Positions 35,471 through 51,004 of a stretch of DNA of 64,000 bases are shown here, in pieces (positions within the stretch are counted from its first letter, which is position 1; each line of letters opens with the position of its first letter). The position numbers were made by a program, and so were the translations under genes. The notes under the pieces are model-generated. The model was not told the origin of the DNA, ran no database searches, and saw only the letters and a program-made list of their open reading frames with translations. Source of the stretch: Malacoraja senta (taxonomy: Eukaryota); NCBI GenBank assembly GCA_038087875.1, contig CM075977.1:123566001-123630000 (forward strand). The letters run 5' to 3'.

Positions 35471-37078
35471 TTATAAATACTCGTAATACCTCTCCCACCT
35501 TCTCTGTTACCTCAACTAATTTGTTTCTCTGATAATCTCAGACCTGTACCATTAACTGTTTCTATTTTTCAGGTGCTGCCTGGCCAGCTGAGTTTTTCCA
35601 GCATGTTTTGTTTTTGTTATAGCTCATGTAAACAATCCTCACATTTTCAATGTTGAATGGACATTTATAGAACAAGGATCTTTCCCCAAAATTAAATTTC
35701 AGCATCTAGTTGCAATAAAACAATCTAATGTAGAAGACTTTGTGGGCAATTTTAAACAGAGCGAGAAAGTGGGGAGGGAGGTGGTGCTGGTGGTAAGGAT
35801 GTTATACACTGGTTTGTTCATCTGATAAAAATTATGCTCGGTAAAACTCCATACTTATTTTCTATATTTCTTCACATTTTACTAAAGAAATAAAATATGA
35901 TATAATGCACATTCATGAAATGGGATCTCAAACGAGACTTTTTTCCACTGGTGATTAATAGCTTTTCAGGGAAGATTTATATGTATCATTTTTCCTACAT
36001 TTAATTTCATCAAACAAGGGGAGTGCCGTATGTAGCAGTGCAGCCTACACTGATTCTTATTTTGTTCCCCGACTGTTCAGGAAAGATAAAGTCTTCAAAG
36101 CGACATCATTAAAATGCAATATTTTTAAGAGCTATTAACTGAGTTATTACCCAAAGAGATAAGAACATAAAGTATGACATATTATACCAACTCAATAAAA
36201 ACATAATACCCAACAGAAAAATAAGGAGCACGAATTCAGAAACAGCATTTACTGCAAGAGAGTTATGGCATTGCCATCATAAGATTGTTTTTTACTGAAT
36301 TTTAAAGCACAATATTATACGGTAATACAAATCAGAACAAAATATTTTCCAGCACTTGAGAGTTGCAGAATACTAAATATACTAAATGTGGAGAGAAGGT
36401 GGCATAATTAAATCAATTTAACTCTTCCAAAGAAATTGATTTGGCAACATTGAATGCTTCCCAATTGGTCCAGATTCAGTCGGTAGATTAGTGACATTTT
36501 CATTTCTCTATTCAGAAGGAACATTTTTAAGCACATTTCCCAGGTGTTGTATACCCACTGACAGACATGGTTCACTTCTAAGACATTCCATATCTGCCAA
36601 CCCCCTTCACCAGCCTATCAGCAGAAATAGGCCATTTATTCAAAATAAATAGTTAAGTGTGAATTTGTTTTAGCTTGAAGCAATTAGGAGTACTTCCTAA
36701 ATGGGACATAGTATAGAATGTTACAAAGAGTTTCAAAGTAACAGGACAACAAGAAAGCAACAAGAATTTAATTCGACTTCTGAATTCCTCACACTGTGCA
36801 GACACCCTGTCTGCAGATAGCTTGTGTGCATTCATGCTGTCTTTGAAGGCTACAAAATATTCTTAAGACTGTTTATAAATTAAAAAATGGAGCAGAATTC
36901 CGCCATGTTACTGCAAATCTTATGAACATACTTGCAGATATCCAACACCTGTGACCAAACTCGAATGGATCATGATGGAAATCTCCGTACATCTACTTCC
37001 TCAACTCTCAGTCAAAGTTGGTCAAAAACTCAGTTAATAATAAAAACCTTGCTTGCGATTTGGATGACTATTTGTTCA

Positions 37079-37143
37079 TTAAAGCGACTTTGAGTCCTGA
37101 AAAGCGCTATATAAATAAAATCTATTATTATTATTATTATTAT
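37079..37143 (+). mobile_element. L2-type 3' tail with (ATT)n
   Basis: TAAAGCGACTTTGAGTCCTGAAAAGCGCTATATAAATAAAATCTATTATTATT. Confidence 0.7.
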
Positions 37144-39718
37144 CTCTTCCCCCGAATCATTCCCTTCTCACGCAGGACACTAAGGTAATTCAGAGCTACT
37201 TTATTTTGAGATACGACAGCCGTGCAATGACAGCAGCATCCTATCTTTACTTAAGAAAAGCAAAAAACTAGCCTGGGCAGCGAGACAAAGCGCAGGAAAT
37301 TGATCCTCTCCTCTTCAAATTGATATTTAGGTCTCCCTTATAACTACGATCCCTTACAAAAATAAGAATTTAAATCAATAAATTTGACCGAGGCCATTGC
37401 TACAAATATCCAGGAGTTTAATTCTCATATTTAATTACATTTTAATACTTCACATACTCTTCTACAATTAATATTCTTTATGACAACAGAAATTAAATTT
37501 GTAATATGATTCCCAACAAACAGATTAGACTCATTGGCTATTATTAGCTCATATTATTATAGGACAGAATATTTTAAATCTATACTTTTTTTCTTAAAAC
37601 CTGTTTTTTTTAAATGCTCTTCATTATAAAAAAAAGTGCTACATCAAGCTTTCGAGGCTGATCCACATATCAGATGTTACAATTTCCATAAGATCATACA
37701 ATTCCGAGTAATTTTTCCAACAATTCTGTGACAATAGAATGCATTTATCCTTCCATGCCTTCCTCCACTCCCACCCTGGATGTGATAAAAGTGCTTTCTA
37801 GTCACATTCTGACAACACTAGTCAGACATTTCAAACAGGACCAGTGTTGTGGTTATTAATTTATCCCATATGGTACCCACTCCCATTGGAGCTGTTCACC
37901 ATTTCCTCCAGAGTTCACTTTGATCCAAAGCAAATAGTTATTGAAAAAAAGGCCGAATTCAGATTGCAGTTAGTTAAGAGTCAGTCTCTCTCCTTCTTCC
38001 TCACTGGTCCTTCTCTTCCAAATCTTAAAGCTACAGAACTGAATCCGGTGAAAAAAATGTGGCCCAATTTGCAGCAGGAGGCCTTTCTCTGACTGAGCAA
38101 AATGAAGAGGGAATGTGAAGAGTAATACAAGATAAAGTTATTATTAAATTGCAAGACAGTGAAGGAAATAGCAAACCAAACAGATTTGTCAAATATAGCA
38201 TTTTCTACTGTCATACATCACAAAAATAATCAGAGCCAATCGGAAAAATCTATTCTGTGGGTATCAAATTATTTCATTTTACTATAAATTAGCAAAGAAA
38301 TCACCCATTCTTTGACATGACAAGCCTAGAAAGTAATGGAGCTTTTGTACCACATATGAACAAATATCTTTCCTAGTTAGTCAGTTTAACAAGTTTATTG
38401 ATGCATTTCTTCTGTTTATAATTTCACTTAAAAGTTAAAATTATATTGTATGCAAACAGCCGTCTTTACATATAGTGACCAGCGAAATTATTACCTCAGT
38501 ACATTTTAGTTAAATATACCACAGTATTAAACGCTTTCAGTACATATCTATAGTTTGTGAATATTCAAATTACAAAATACTCTGCACTGACCCTAGGCTG
38601 TTTCCTTTCTCTGAAACCGACTCTATGCAATTATAAGCTGATGGAAATAGCACCGTACTGAGCAAATACATTTATTGTATCACAATAAACTACACAGTTC
38701 AAACATTTCTGCAAATCATTCATTGAAGACAGCTCCCTTTAAGTGCTATTTTCTTCACATTTGTTTCTTAGGGGTGGATTTGAACTCCATGGAGATTTCT
38801 GCACGTTTTCAATTAAACGATAGATGAGAACATTGCTATTTTGTGTATTTTATCTTTTCACGGGATAATGTCACGTTATAATTGCCAGTGTTATGACATC
38901 ATGAAAGCACACTGCTACCATAAATTGTGCTAGCAATGGAATCATTATCTGGTTTAGAGAAAAAGTAGTGGCTTCTATTTCAAAATTATTTTGGAGTCAT
39001 TCAGGTACATGAGGGATTTAATACAATTGATTTTTTTAAAAGCTCAAGTAGAAGCGAGTGCCATTAAAAAAAATATGGCTGCAAGGAGTCATTTCTGTGC
39101 ACTATGTTGGCGCATTCTGTCTGCTCACATCAAGGAAGGATGGGAGTCATCGGAAATTGTAAATTCTGGAAGATAGACTGAAATCACAACTACAGTTGTC
39201 TTCCAGCCAATTTCAGTTTGGTGTAAGCCTGATGAAACTTCATCCCATCTTCTTGGAAATGCACCAAACTTTGGATCAGCAGTACTAAATAGGATGCTCA
39301 ATTTAGATGTTGGATGCTCTATTTAGAAGTTGTAATTTCTTCCTTTTTCATTCGTTGAACACCGGAGAATGGAGCATCTCTGCTTCTTCTTCTTTTACCG
39401 AAGGGAGGTTTATATTCCGATGTTCTGTCAGTTAGTATTACAAATGACCAGCAATGCAGGCAAAGCCTGCTACTATTAATGAACAGTGGGAATTATTGAC
39501 ATTATTGTTTCAACCGAGATCCTCGAGATAATCTTGTGATGATTTAAACTATATCCCCAAGCATTTCAGGAGAAAGCCTCAATGTGGAAATCTAAAATTG
39601 CAATTTGAAAGTTTAATGTTTCCTTACACAATGTCTGCTTAACTGATTATTAAACAAATATTGTGACTTTGCAGTCTTTTTCTTTGATAATTTGTGGTGT
39701 GTTCATTCAGCTCTCTCT

Positions 39719-39746
<28 letters not shown>
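39719..39746. repeat. (TA)14 microsatellite
   Basis: Read directly. Confidence 0.95.
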
Positions 39747-39749
<3 letters not shown>

Positions 39750-42700
39750 AGTTGCTACTGAACCAAAGTTAGGCATCTTTCATTCCAGGCAAATAAGACA
39801 CAGTTTCTTTAGAGGATCAGAGATTTAATGTGAAGGGAGTCATCTGTCACGTTAAATCTGAATTTTCTCATCAACTTTTTACTTTGTCTTGTGCATTTGA
39901 AAACGAGTGAATTCAGACATTGGTGTAAACAGGGCTGCCTCGTGTCACAGTGGGGAAGGTACTGCTGTGTGCCTATCCCCCGAAAAATAGAAATTATCTG
40001 CCTGCTGGTCACATTCTGTTAATGATTGAAAAGAGCTTGTGGCGTTCCCTCTGCTTTTTAAGCACAGCAGTAGCGATGGTGGTATCAGTCACCTAGATTA
40101 TTTTTTATCAACTTTCAAACTAATTTACTGTCAGGCTTCACACCAGGTGCATTTATTCTGTTATAGATACATGTGTTTTAAAATCATCACTTGCAAGTGG
40201 TACCACTCAGCACAAATTTCAGCACCACTGCGCTTTCATCCAGTTCTGTATTACACTTTGGCACATGGTCAGTGCCCAAGAGAATATTTTACTGATGCCA
40301 AAATAATAAAATAAAATCAGCATTAATAGGTACATTCTGCATTTGATACAGCTCTAATTTTAGGAACTAACAGCCTGAAACTGTCAGTATCAGCAACGGA
40401 TACATTTTCATGAAGTCCCTTTGCCCATTTTTAAAAAAACAAGACATAAATTATACAGGCTAACACTTCATTAAATTAGGAGGGAAAGGAATTTCATCTG
40501 AATGTGTTAATACTGCATAACACAATTTCAACACATATGCAGAATAATTTTCTGCCTGCTGTTTTAACATGCTGAATAATGCATGTGCTAAATTCAATTC
40601 AGTGCTTTTTTTAAATATAGTTAACCCATTTAAAATAAAATGGGTTAATAAAAATATTAAATAGTGCATAGAGAAGTTTAATGCAAATGCCAAAAATAGC
40701 ACAGAGAGGAAATTAAACCCCCAAGTGTTTTTATATTGTAATGAGGTGTGTGCTGCAGTGAATGTCCCAAAACAACACACAACGTAACGTGAGAATATCA
40801 GGAACCACTTCTGGTCGCTTTTTGAATGAAGCCTCTGTTATATTCAATATTTAAAGTGAAGCCAGGGTGAATTTATGAAACAAACTTTCCATCCAAGGTT
40901 TTGACTTTGTAGGCGCAACTTGTTTTCTAAACACATTCACTTGAAACATTTGTTTCGAGTCACTTGGCTTGCATGTTACAAGTCAACCAAAGTGGAAGTT
41001 TTTAAAGGTTTAAAACAAAAGGAAAGAGAAAAATAAGGGGTTATAATGAGTAAAAATGTGTCACTCATCTACACGATTGTTTATTGAGTAGGCAGTGTAT
41101 AAAAGGTGCTTTGTCTTTGCAAAGTCTTAAAATATTATCCTTTAGAATCTAAGCTTGGGGAGTCACAAGGCACCTGTTCTAATGGATGTTCCAGTCTTGG
41201 AGAATTCCTTACTCAAAACATCAAATGTCTTATGATCATTGGCAGCAAAAAGCCCTTTGATCTGTCCTCCATGTTATTAACATTAACTGCCTGACTAGCA
41301 CAGCCAAATCAGACAGAGGCAGATAATTTGGGGTGAAAACTCGCTTCCACACAGCATGGATCTCCGACTTAAGAATACTGTGCTCTGGACTGAATCAAAA
41401 GACTTTATATCCGTTAACCCCGAGGCTGGTGAAGGAGTATTTTGACCGCTATAAAGCCCGAGAAAGATGACACCGTTCACAATTTTTCAAGGGGAAGTGA
41501 GGAATAAAAATAAAGTTCAGGAATTGCACCATTTGTTCTTGTTTGCAATATTCTTTCAATTTTTCTTTTAAATGTAATTTAGAATATGTTCCTTTGCCTT
41601 GGGTCAGGTTAGATGAATAAGATGAGCACATTAACAATTTTGAGTTCCATTCCTTTCAAATGATTTTTAATCAGTGTTTCCTCAATTTGATTAATGGGTT
41701 GCTTGATTGAGACACATCTCAAACTATTTATAGAACATTTCACCTCTGATCAAAATGCAACAGATACGTTTTTTTCCCCTCAATGTAAAAAGTCTATAAA
41801 GTGTCTGTTTAAGATCAGCATCCATCAATGCACTGTTGTTTGGCACAGCAGACATTATTTACAGCTCCTTCTCCAATAGTATATCTGAAACAGCTGCTTA
41901 AGGAGTCCATAGCTTCTAAAGATAGTATCACATAGATGGTTTAGCATATTTTTGGATTAGTATTGGAAAATGCATATCTTGAGGTTCCAGTGCAGGGATT
42001 TTGTCTCTGTTATTTTTGTTGTTGAAAATTGATGATCTGAAAACATTAGCACCACATTTTGATAGCTGTGATTGTCACAAACAAATTAGAATTCAGCAGA
42101 GAACTATGTGATTGCATTCGATGGCTCTGTCACAAGCAGGAAAACTTATCGACTTGGCTGTTCCTAAATATTCAATTTTTCTGCATTTTCTTTGCATAAT
42201 CACACAAGCGTGAAAGAGGAGATACGACAGATAGAAGCCAGCAAAAAAAATACAGACCGAGATTTGCGAGTTGATTCCATGCAGTCGCTCAGTTTGAGAT
42301 GTGCAATAGCAATAATTTATAGCAGCTGATTTTCATTAAATGATTTTTTTCAACACCATATTCGATTTACTTAGATAACTCAATTATTGTTTTTTTTCCA
42401 TTGTGCTTTATAGAATTAGGCAAACCCAAATGCAGACCTTTGTTATGGTCGGAAACAAACGTTGGTTGAATTCATAGTTTTTAAACTGCCCAGTCACTAT
42501 AATCACAGCCTATTTAGGCAACCCTTTTTTCATTAGCAACTGAAGCAAAATAATTCAATTACAGGAGCACAGCCTGGTTCAAGTCAATTTACAATCAAAG
42601 TTCTTCATAAGATCCTCTCTGTTTATTGTCTCATGGTGTTTTCAATTCACTGCCGATGTCAATCGGTTTCAAATCCACCTTCTCTGTGCAAATTACAATG

Positions 42701-45700
42701 ATTTTTGTTAAGGATTCACACCGCGCTTAAAAATTAAATGGGTGTAAAATATCCTGGTTTTGAAAAAGGTACAATGAACAAATAAATGGTTTCCATACAT
42801 TGTTTTGTAATTTTTTAGTTGATAAAATAAAATAAAACTGTCTTTTAGAGTCTCACCTTGCTAATGTGACGATAATCACTAGTTAAATGCATTTTGTTCA
42901 AACAATATTAATTATTTTAACAGATTTCTAGCCTTATACTAATCTATAATTCTCTTTCAATAAAATTAATGAAAAAGTTATTTTTCCAACAAATGAAATT
43001 TGAGTTGACTCAAAATTAAACCACATCTTATCTTAAAATTAAAATCAGTTAACCTCGCGTTAAAGAATAAGGCAGCTTGATAGTTTATTTTGCTCTGAAC
43101 TGAACTGCCTAGCCAGTCTTTCTAAATTCCCATCTCTGCATTATCACTTTCATTAAATTAAATACCTTAAATGCACAGAGAAGATTTTAATTGATTTCAA
43201 TAATGTTTAATTAATCCACTGAAATAACAATTTTATTCTCCTAATATCCTCAAAACAAGGTTTGTGCCTGCTTTTCAAAATCGAATTCTGTTATTACTCA
43301 GTCTGTAAATCAGTTTCTCATTTCCAAATCAGTATTTAAGTGCTACAAATCAGATAACTGATGAACAATCAGAGTAGGAACAGATTTTTCTGCTATAGTA
43401 TTATTCTGTGGATTGCTCTTTTGTACAAATGTAACATGTATATTGACATAGAACATTATTATTTGGTAAACATATATTCATATGGTATCCCAAGGTATAA
43501 CCATTATTCAACTGATTACCTGTGAACAATTATCTGTGAAAAAATTCCCACAAAATGTCAATGATAGGAAAGTGGTTTGTGGATTAAAGTTTTACCATTT
43601 TACAACTGTGCTGCCTTTATGTCTTTTGGAAATAGGCCTTGTGTCATTATATTAATTTTAAAACCAATGCCTTTTGTATGCTTATTTTACTACATTCATG
43701 TTTGCTTGGTTATTGTTTATTTTGTTTTTAAATTTAAAAAGATAAAATCATGAGCTAAACCATGAGTACTTTATTACATGCATCATATAAAAATGTTTAA
43801 ATGTAGCTAATAATTTGTCATTTAACTTAGAAGCCAGGCAGTCTTCAATGGCTCATCACACACGGTACAGTCAAGCCTTGGTTCATGAGATAATTATAAA
43901 TTACCTCCGCTCCTTCGCAAAATGAACAAGAGTGTATATTAAATAATGTTCTTTTATGCTGTAGTTAGGGATATTGTCAAATGAAACCCGATTTAATTGA
44001 AATTTGAGAGTTGAAGCCTGTCAGGGCTGAGTATGTTTTCCACTCCGCCACTTGCGTGCACGCAGCAAGAATTTATAGCACGAGAAATGTTAACGCTCCA
44101 ATGGGTTGAAATGGCAACTCGCGCATCGATCGCGCTGTCTGAAACAAATTTTAAAATGGCTTAATCTACCCTGATAGATGAATGGTTTTGATTTCCCATT
44201 GCAGAGAAACATGATTATAAAACATATTTCAAGTCTTTCTGTGTGTAGATAATGATTCATTAATCAGTGCTTTCATTAACCCCCTACTGTCTCCCCAAAC
44301 ATACACAGTCCTGTTTTCTGAAATGCAATAGGGAAATGAATTCACAGAAAGTGACACATTAATGGCAGCAACTCAGATCCTCCTCCCTGAAACTTAATTA
44401 TCTGCTTGTCTGTTGTGGTTGCTGGGCTATAGTGGGTTTTCAGCCAATTGACATTTTAAAACAGAAGGAAACTGTTTTTAATGGTCTATTAGGACACTTC
44501 ATTCTCAAATCCTCAAAGAACTGGACTATCATTTCTGTGTTGTTCATTGCATAGCAGAAGATTGAAATTAGTCTGAAATTAGATATTTGGTATGTTTTAC
44601 TTCTCATTGCATTTGCTTAAGTCGACAATGAATATTTTACAAATTACATATTTTCTAAATTAATGGGAGGCTTTACCATGTATGCTAAATGAATTCATTA
44701 TTATTCCAGGGAATATAATGGAAGCAAAATCCTGGAAATGTTTACTTTCTTTTAAAAAATACATACTTAATAGATTATTATTTACTGTGTTGTCCAAAGA
44801 ACAAAAACTGAAAGACAATATAATCCTATCTGAATCCTTATATTTTGAGTATTTTTCTTTAATTTCCTCATGATTCTTTCAAAGACATGCTCGTAATTTT
44901 CGTTCCATTGGCTCCTTTCAGTTGCAGTGAATAAGATAGCGCTGCAAACTAATCTCATCTTGAGCAACCAATGGGCATTTTTCTTGACTGCTTGCGATTG
45001 TTCCATCAGACAATATCAAAGCGTGCAGTTATATAGGAAATGGTATCAGGAGGTTGAAGAAAACACTCCTGATGTTTAAGGCTAAGAACACATGCACATC
45101 GAAGCATTTATAGAGGAGATAAGGATGTTGCCCTACTAACGGTTCAGCTATCACTTGTCCTTTCCTGTCACTCTCCAGCACTCGAATCTCAAGATTACAA
45201 TTTATTGTGACGAGGATTGTTGGTGTGTGGTGGTCAAGGCTGCAGAAAACTGCAGATATTCTGATCTATGGCTGTGCGAATCCTTCCTAGCCCTGAAATG
45301 CAAACTTAAAACACATCAGGCAATTTATAAAACGCTTTTTTTGGAAATTGTACAAAATCAATAGCATTATGAAACCTCAAATCAATATTGATATTTTCAA
45401 GGGGGAAAAAAATGAGGCATTTGAACCTTTTTAGGGTGCAATCCACTAACAGTCATTGCACAATCATTTTTCACAATGACCAACCAAAGCCAAATTATAT
45501 CTTGTGCAGGAACTCAACAAAATAAAGTATGGTGTAATTAAAAAAAAGTCTCAAAAATGTTTATATTTTATATTTTGGTGCAATAATTTGACAACATGTA
45601 AAATGGGCTTATTCATGAACAGTAGTTAAATAAGTCACATCTTCACATGGATCTTTTGGTGGAAAAAAGTGGCAAATACTTTTTTATAATATTCTTCTTA

Positions 45701-48700
45701 TGTATTTATTGGAACAAAATTCAAAATCCTACATTATTTGTAAGAAATATTCAATGCCTGTCTTCAACTTCAACATCCTAATCCTGCAATGATTCCCTGC
45801 AAACATAAATTACTGAAATGTAAACTTTTCAATAAAATTATGTCGAGCATTGTGAAAAATATATTTATATGACAATCTCACAACTTGCTTCACATGCTCA
45901 GTTCTGTAAAGTGGAACCGCCAACGAGTTTCTGTTTGTGATTCTCAAAGACTGCTGGGAAAGAGTGACATTTTTAGCAATTGGGTAAAGAATTATCGACT
46001 TATATAAAATGTGTTTTTTCTTCCCTTCATGTTCTCTGCCCCTTCCTAACATTCCTTAATTTGTAACAGTTAATAATAATCTATAGGTTTCCGTAGAGGG
46101 TTTTTAACCTGATAATGTAACACAGATTTGGAACACAATGAGTTCCTGATAAGCAGAGGTCCACATCAGCTATAGACTGAAAATCATTCATATTGAATCT
46201 AGAACCATTTTACTTATCTTTATAAATTTATAGCTGTTTCTTTACACCTTTGATCATCTTCTCACAGCCTCTTTTTGAGCAGAATCTTACTGCCCCATCG
46301 ATCACACTTGCAAGAAACGCAGCAGGAAAAAATACGAAAAAATGGTTATGCCTTCTCAAATTTAAAAAAAAGTTTATTTGTAAGATGATACTGTATTATG
46401 CCTTGATTTTAAGCATTTAGATGTGTTAGTTTGCAACCAATGAAACTTTAATCACCCATTATTTTCATCCGAACTCAGAATAGCAATGGAATACAATCAG
46501 AAAAAAAAGAGTTGCAGAAATTTGTGGGCAGCAGAATTGGGATGGCCACTACTGGAACCATTGCCTCCCCCACTACAAATGGTTTGTAACTATGAACCAA
46601 TACCTTCTGATTTGACTGCCATCCAGTCATTGTTATGTGTCAGGTCCTGTTATATTTGGATGGCTCCTTTCTCTACTTCTAGCTGTGCATGTACAGGCTT
46701 ATACACGCAAACTAGTGATTACTGTACCACCACATCACTGCAGCGCAATGCCAGCTGACTGACTTTCAGCCTCACTGCACATTTGCATCACATTACTTCT
46801 GCTATTCTAACTCTTCCAGTTCTGAACACCATCAATTATGCAAAAGAATAACAGAGCCATGGCTTTGAGATGTAACATAAAGGATGATTATGATTGTAAA
46901 TAATTTAGACACCTGCGTGCCATGCTCCTTTTACCAGTGATACTAGCCCAGTGCAAGTAATGTACCGACAGGGCAGGTTCCTCCTCCTAATGTACTGACA
47001 GCTCCCCGTATACTTTAAAGCCAGCACAAAGTTGCTGCATTATTCAGCCAGTAGTCTCTCTTGTCACTGCTGAATTTCAGTATATACTTTTCCCCATCTC
47101 TTCCTATTCATATTTTAGAGGCACGAATATACATAAGGATTACTCCAAGATGGTTCATTCTGAAATGGAGATCAAATATAACGGTAGCCTTATTGAACAT
47201 CCATAGCAATTTGTCAAAACTATACCAACACCTATCTTTGTTAAGAGACAAAAAGTTAATCCCGTGCCCACATCACAAGGTCCTCAAGTCTCCCCAGACT
47301 TGTGAAATGCAGCTGCAGTCAAGTCACTGAAGCTAATGGGAAGCTTGCGTGTTACTGATCAGTTCACAGATTTTTTTTATCCTGCGCTAAGGTCATCCCG
47401 TGTAGTGACAAAATTTTAATACGAGTTTTTCTCACGCTACCTCAGAAACTAAAAGTACTTAAAACTATTCCATCTCTTTAGAAGTTACAAAGTGAATAGA
47501 TACATTTGCATGAACATTTCAAATTCATAAAAAAAAGATTAATAGCATCAGAGTATTATCACAGCATCTGTAACATCATGTTTTAAGCACTCAACGTAAA
47601 ATTAGCTACCTCTCTTTTTGACAAGTGCAAGGTTTATTGAACCATCCCCAAGAGAATGCCATGATGTGAGAAAGTGTATACTGCTCCTATTTTCATCCTA
47701 GAAAAGCTCAACAATTTCGATAAAAATCCTTGTAAAGGAGCAGAAATTATAGTTCTGAGTGTTTTGTAGCTGATAACCAGTCACATACCATGTGGTTAAA
47801 TATCCAGGAAATGTATGAACCAACGCATAGAATTAGAATTCTATGCTGGATCTTAAATACCACAATATGTTTTTCAGACAATTTAAGAAAATTACAAGCT
47901 CACCTCACATTCTATTTCTGTATAAATATTGTTCTATTAAAAAGATCAGATAATTCTAGAAATGCATTGTACATTTGATAACATTTGTAATGGCATTGTT
48001 GATTAATGATTATAGTGGGGAACTTTAAATCAAACTGGAAATCTGTTAAATGGTTTATACCCAAAAAGCTAACCTCTGATCTTTTTACAGATGCTCTCAT
48101 CTTCTTTCGTTCCTTTAAACCATAGTGGATAAAAATTGCAGATTTATTGGCCTTTGTAAAGGAAATTATAGGTTTAATTGTTATACTATAGACCTATCAA
48201 TAGAGCTAGGATTCTTTTAAATGGGCTAAACCCAAAATTAACATCTCTTTATATATTACGTCAACATTTTATATCATTGCTTTTATGCAAACTGTTATGA
48301 CTTGGGAGAGAATGACAATTTTATCTGCACTTGAATAGATTTCAAAGATTATTTTAGATTACCTCAATTAGAATTTAACCATTATACGAAAAAAATTGTA
48401 ACTGCAAAAATATGGATAATACAGTGGAGGTAACTTTGGCTAATTCATACTGTAGGAAATTTTAAAAAAAATGAAAGCATCATATATACCCAAATGCATT
48501 TCCCTCCCATTCAACCATCAAAAATAAAAAATATTCTCATCATCTAAACAATGCAATATTCTAAAATGTCCACGAATAATTTAGCGGGATAATTTAAACA
48601 TTCATTAAAGGCAATCTGTAATTGTCATGGTGTTTTTATATAAAAGGAACCAAATATTATTGTGAAATAAAGGAAGTACAATGTCCTCAAAAACTCCTGT

Positions 48701-48984
48701 ACTGTCCATGTGAAATTTGCGTGTCCTGTTTAACACCAGCTCACAGGGAATTTTCATGTTTTTTATTGGCCATAAAATACAGAATGGAACATATTTCCTG
48801 GTACGAAATTTGGATCTTTCTTCTGACACAATTCAAGCCAAAGTCCAGGCAAAATTTTAGAAAATGGCGCACGGAGATGGAAAATCAAAAATAAACTGGT
48901 TTCTTTAAAATGTGTTGGTCTCTCTAAAAAATCCTATACAAGGAATGTGTAACTTTGAAGTAATATATAAAAGGTACATGTAAT

Positions 48985-49380
48985 AATATAGCATCTTTCA
49001 CAGCCCTTTCAATACATTACAAAACTAATGAAGTACTTTCAAATGTAGTCGGTGTTGTAATGCCACAGCCAAAAATTGTGAAGAGCAGGCTCCCACAAAC
49101 ACTGAATGTGTAATACAAGATAAACTGCTGAGTGACACTGAATAAGGGATGATCATTGGCAAAGGCATCAGGAATAACTTCCCTTTTCTTCCACAAAGAG
49201 AAGCTCTGGGATCTTTAACATTCAACTAAAAAAAAAATTAATCAGACGCTCAATTTATTTCCTCACCCGAAATACGGCCCCACCCAATTATTTCCTCACC
49301 CAAAATCAGGCTTGATTTTACGTTCATTGGAGTCGACTTGAACACAGACTTAAAGGCATCAGTGCTACCTACTGCGTCAC
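48985..49380 (-). mobile_element. Ancient SacSINE1/DeuSINE-like element
   Basis: AATGAAGTACTTT..TGTAGTC..TGTTGTAATG, CTCCCACAAACA, TGGGATCTTTAACAT, GACTTGAAC..AGTGCTACCTACTG landmarks in the expected order. Confidence 0.7.
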
Positions 49381-51004
49381 AATGAACATTGAAATATTTA
49401 CTGCTTTAGGCTTTGAAGAGGAGAGAAATAAATAATATTCTCTATAACCTAAATTGAAATGTCCGCAAACTTTATAAACAGGTCAGTGAAGGATAACCTG
49501 GATTCTGAATTCTGTAATTTTTCACCTAATATTTACAAAGATACAAATAGTAAATCCAGCTTTGGATGAAGCCTTTGTTGACAATTAAATAAATGTTCAA
49601 TTCGTTGAAATCGGGAACAGTCAGCAGTCAGATGTATGGATTATTATGCATATATGAACTGATTGTATATTCATGTCTGCAGAACATTACATCCATAGCA
49701 ACTTATTCAGGCAGAAGGAATCATTGTTTAAATCTGTAAATCACTGCACAAATTTCTGCAACTACTACTTTCCTAGATATTAGTAGTTATTGTATATTTC
49801 AAAAAAAAGAATTTATTTAAATTAATAGCAAAGAGCTACTTTCATCTAAATTAATATCAGTATATTAATTTTGATTTGTCTGATCAAGACAATTTTCCAA
49901 CATGTACAAGCATAATCTTATGTAACAAAGAGCAAAGGGTTCTGCTAAATCCTTATTACTTGACATTTTTCTTGTTTTTGTTTTTTGTTCAGTTCCAGTG
50001 GCGATTTTAAAAAGACATTTTTACTCTGTGTGTACCAAAATTGATTAGTAATCTACGTTCATATTTTGAATGCCATGTGGAACATTCTTAAAACAAAATG
50101 AGCAAAATTCCATATTCTGCATGATTGACATTTATTGCCAGTTTATCAATGTGGAAAAATCTGAAGACAAGATTTTTTCCAATAGGCATTCTTTCCAGTG
50201 AACCTTTTCTCAGTTTTTATTAAAAACAGTTGAAATTAAAAACATTATGCCAGATAAATCCTCAAATCAGACTTTTCGCTGGATGGATTTCCACTGAATA
50301 TAATTTTTCTAAAGCAGTGATACAGCGGCCACGTTTGCACATTACGGATACTCCAACACCACCACAGAAGTTCCGGTTAAAAGGAATATAAATTAACATT
50401 TCTAACAGACATGTAATTGACTTTGAGATTGAACAAAATTAATTAAATTGCTAAAAAAAAATACATTATAGACTGAACTGTAAGCTAGACTGCTCACTCT
50501 GAACTGTGTTAAAATAATTCAGATCAAATTCGGTCAATCTTACTAGCTACCGGTAATCTTTTTACAGGTAATTTAAAGTTTTTAAGAAACACCATGTTAT
50601 CATTTGGATATCTAAAGCAGTTAAGAAGTCAGAATAAGATCAATATCTGTACATGGATTACAATATTAGATGCATTGTGTAACAACCTCAACCATAAACA
50701 TGACCTAAAACATGAGCACAATTAAATTAATTCAAACATAATTTTTCTATTGACCTAGGGCATACAATGAACTCTTCAGCCGATTTTAAACTCAAGTGCA
50801 GTCAGTTGGTGTTAATGCTAATGAAGAGCAATGATTTAAGGGAGGTTTGGATCCAAGTGTAATTAATTAAATAACTATTCTTGCATCAGTGCAATTCTGA
50901 AACTATTTTACAACGATGATGGTGATTAATACACAAAACTACAATTTCACTGTGACAATGTACCCATATAGTCTAATAACATAATCCTTTCTATTGCCAG
51001 CCAA

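Noticed and set aside
39166-39206. miR-7 gene
   Set aside because: Only the first 7-8 nt match; mature and star sequences do not.
39292-39331. 20-bp imperfect tandem duplication
   Set aside because: Ordinary slippage duplication with no further structure.
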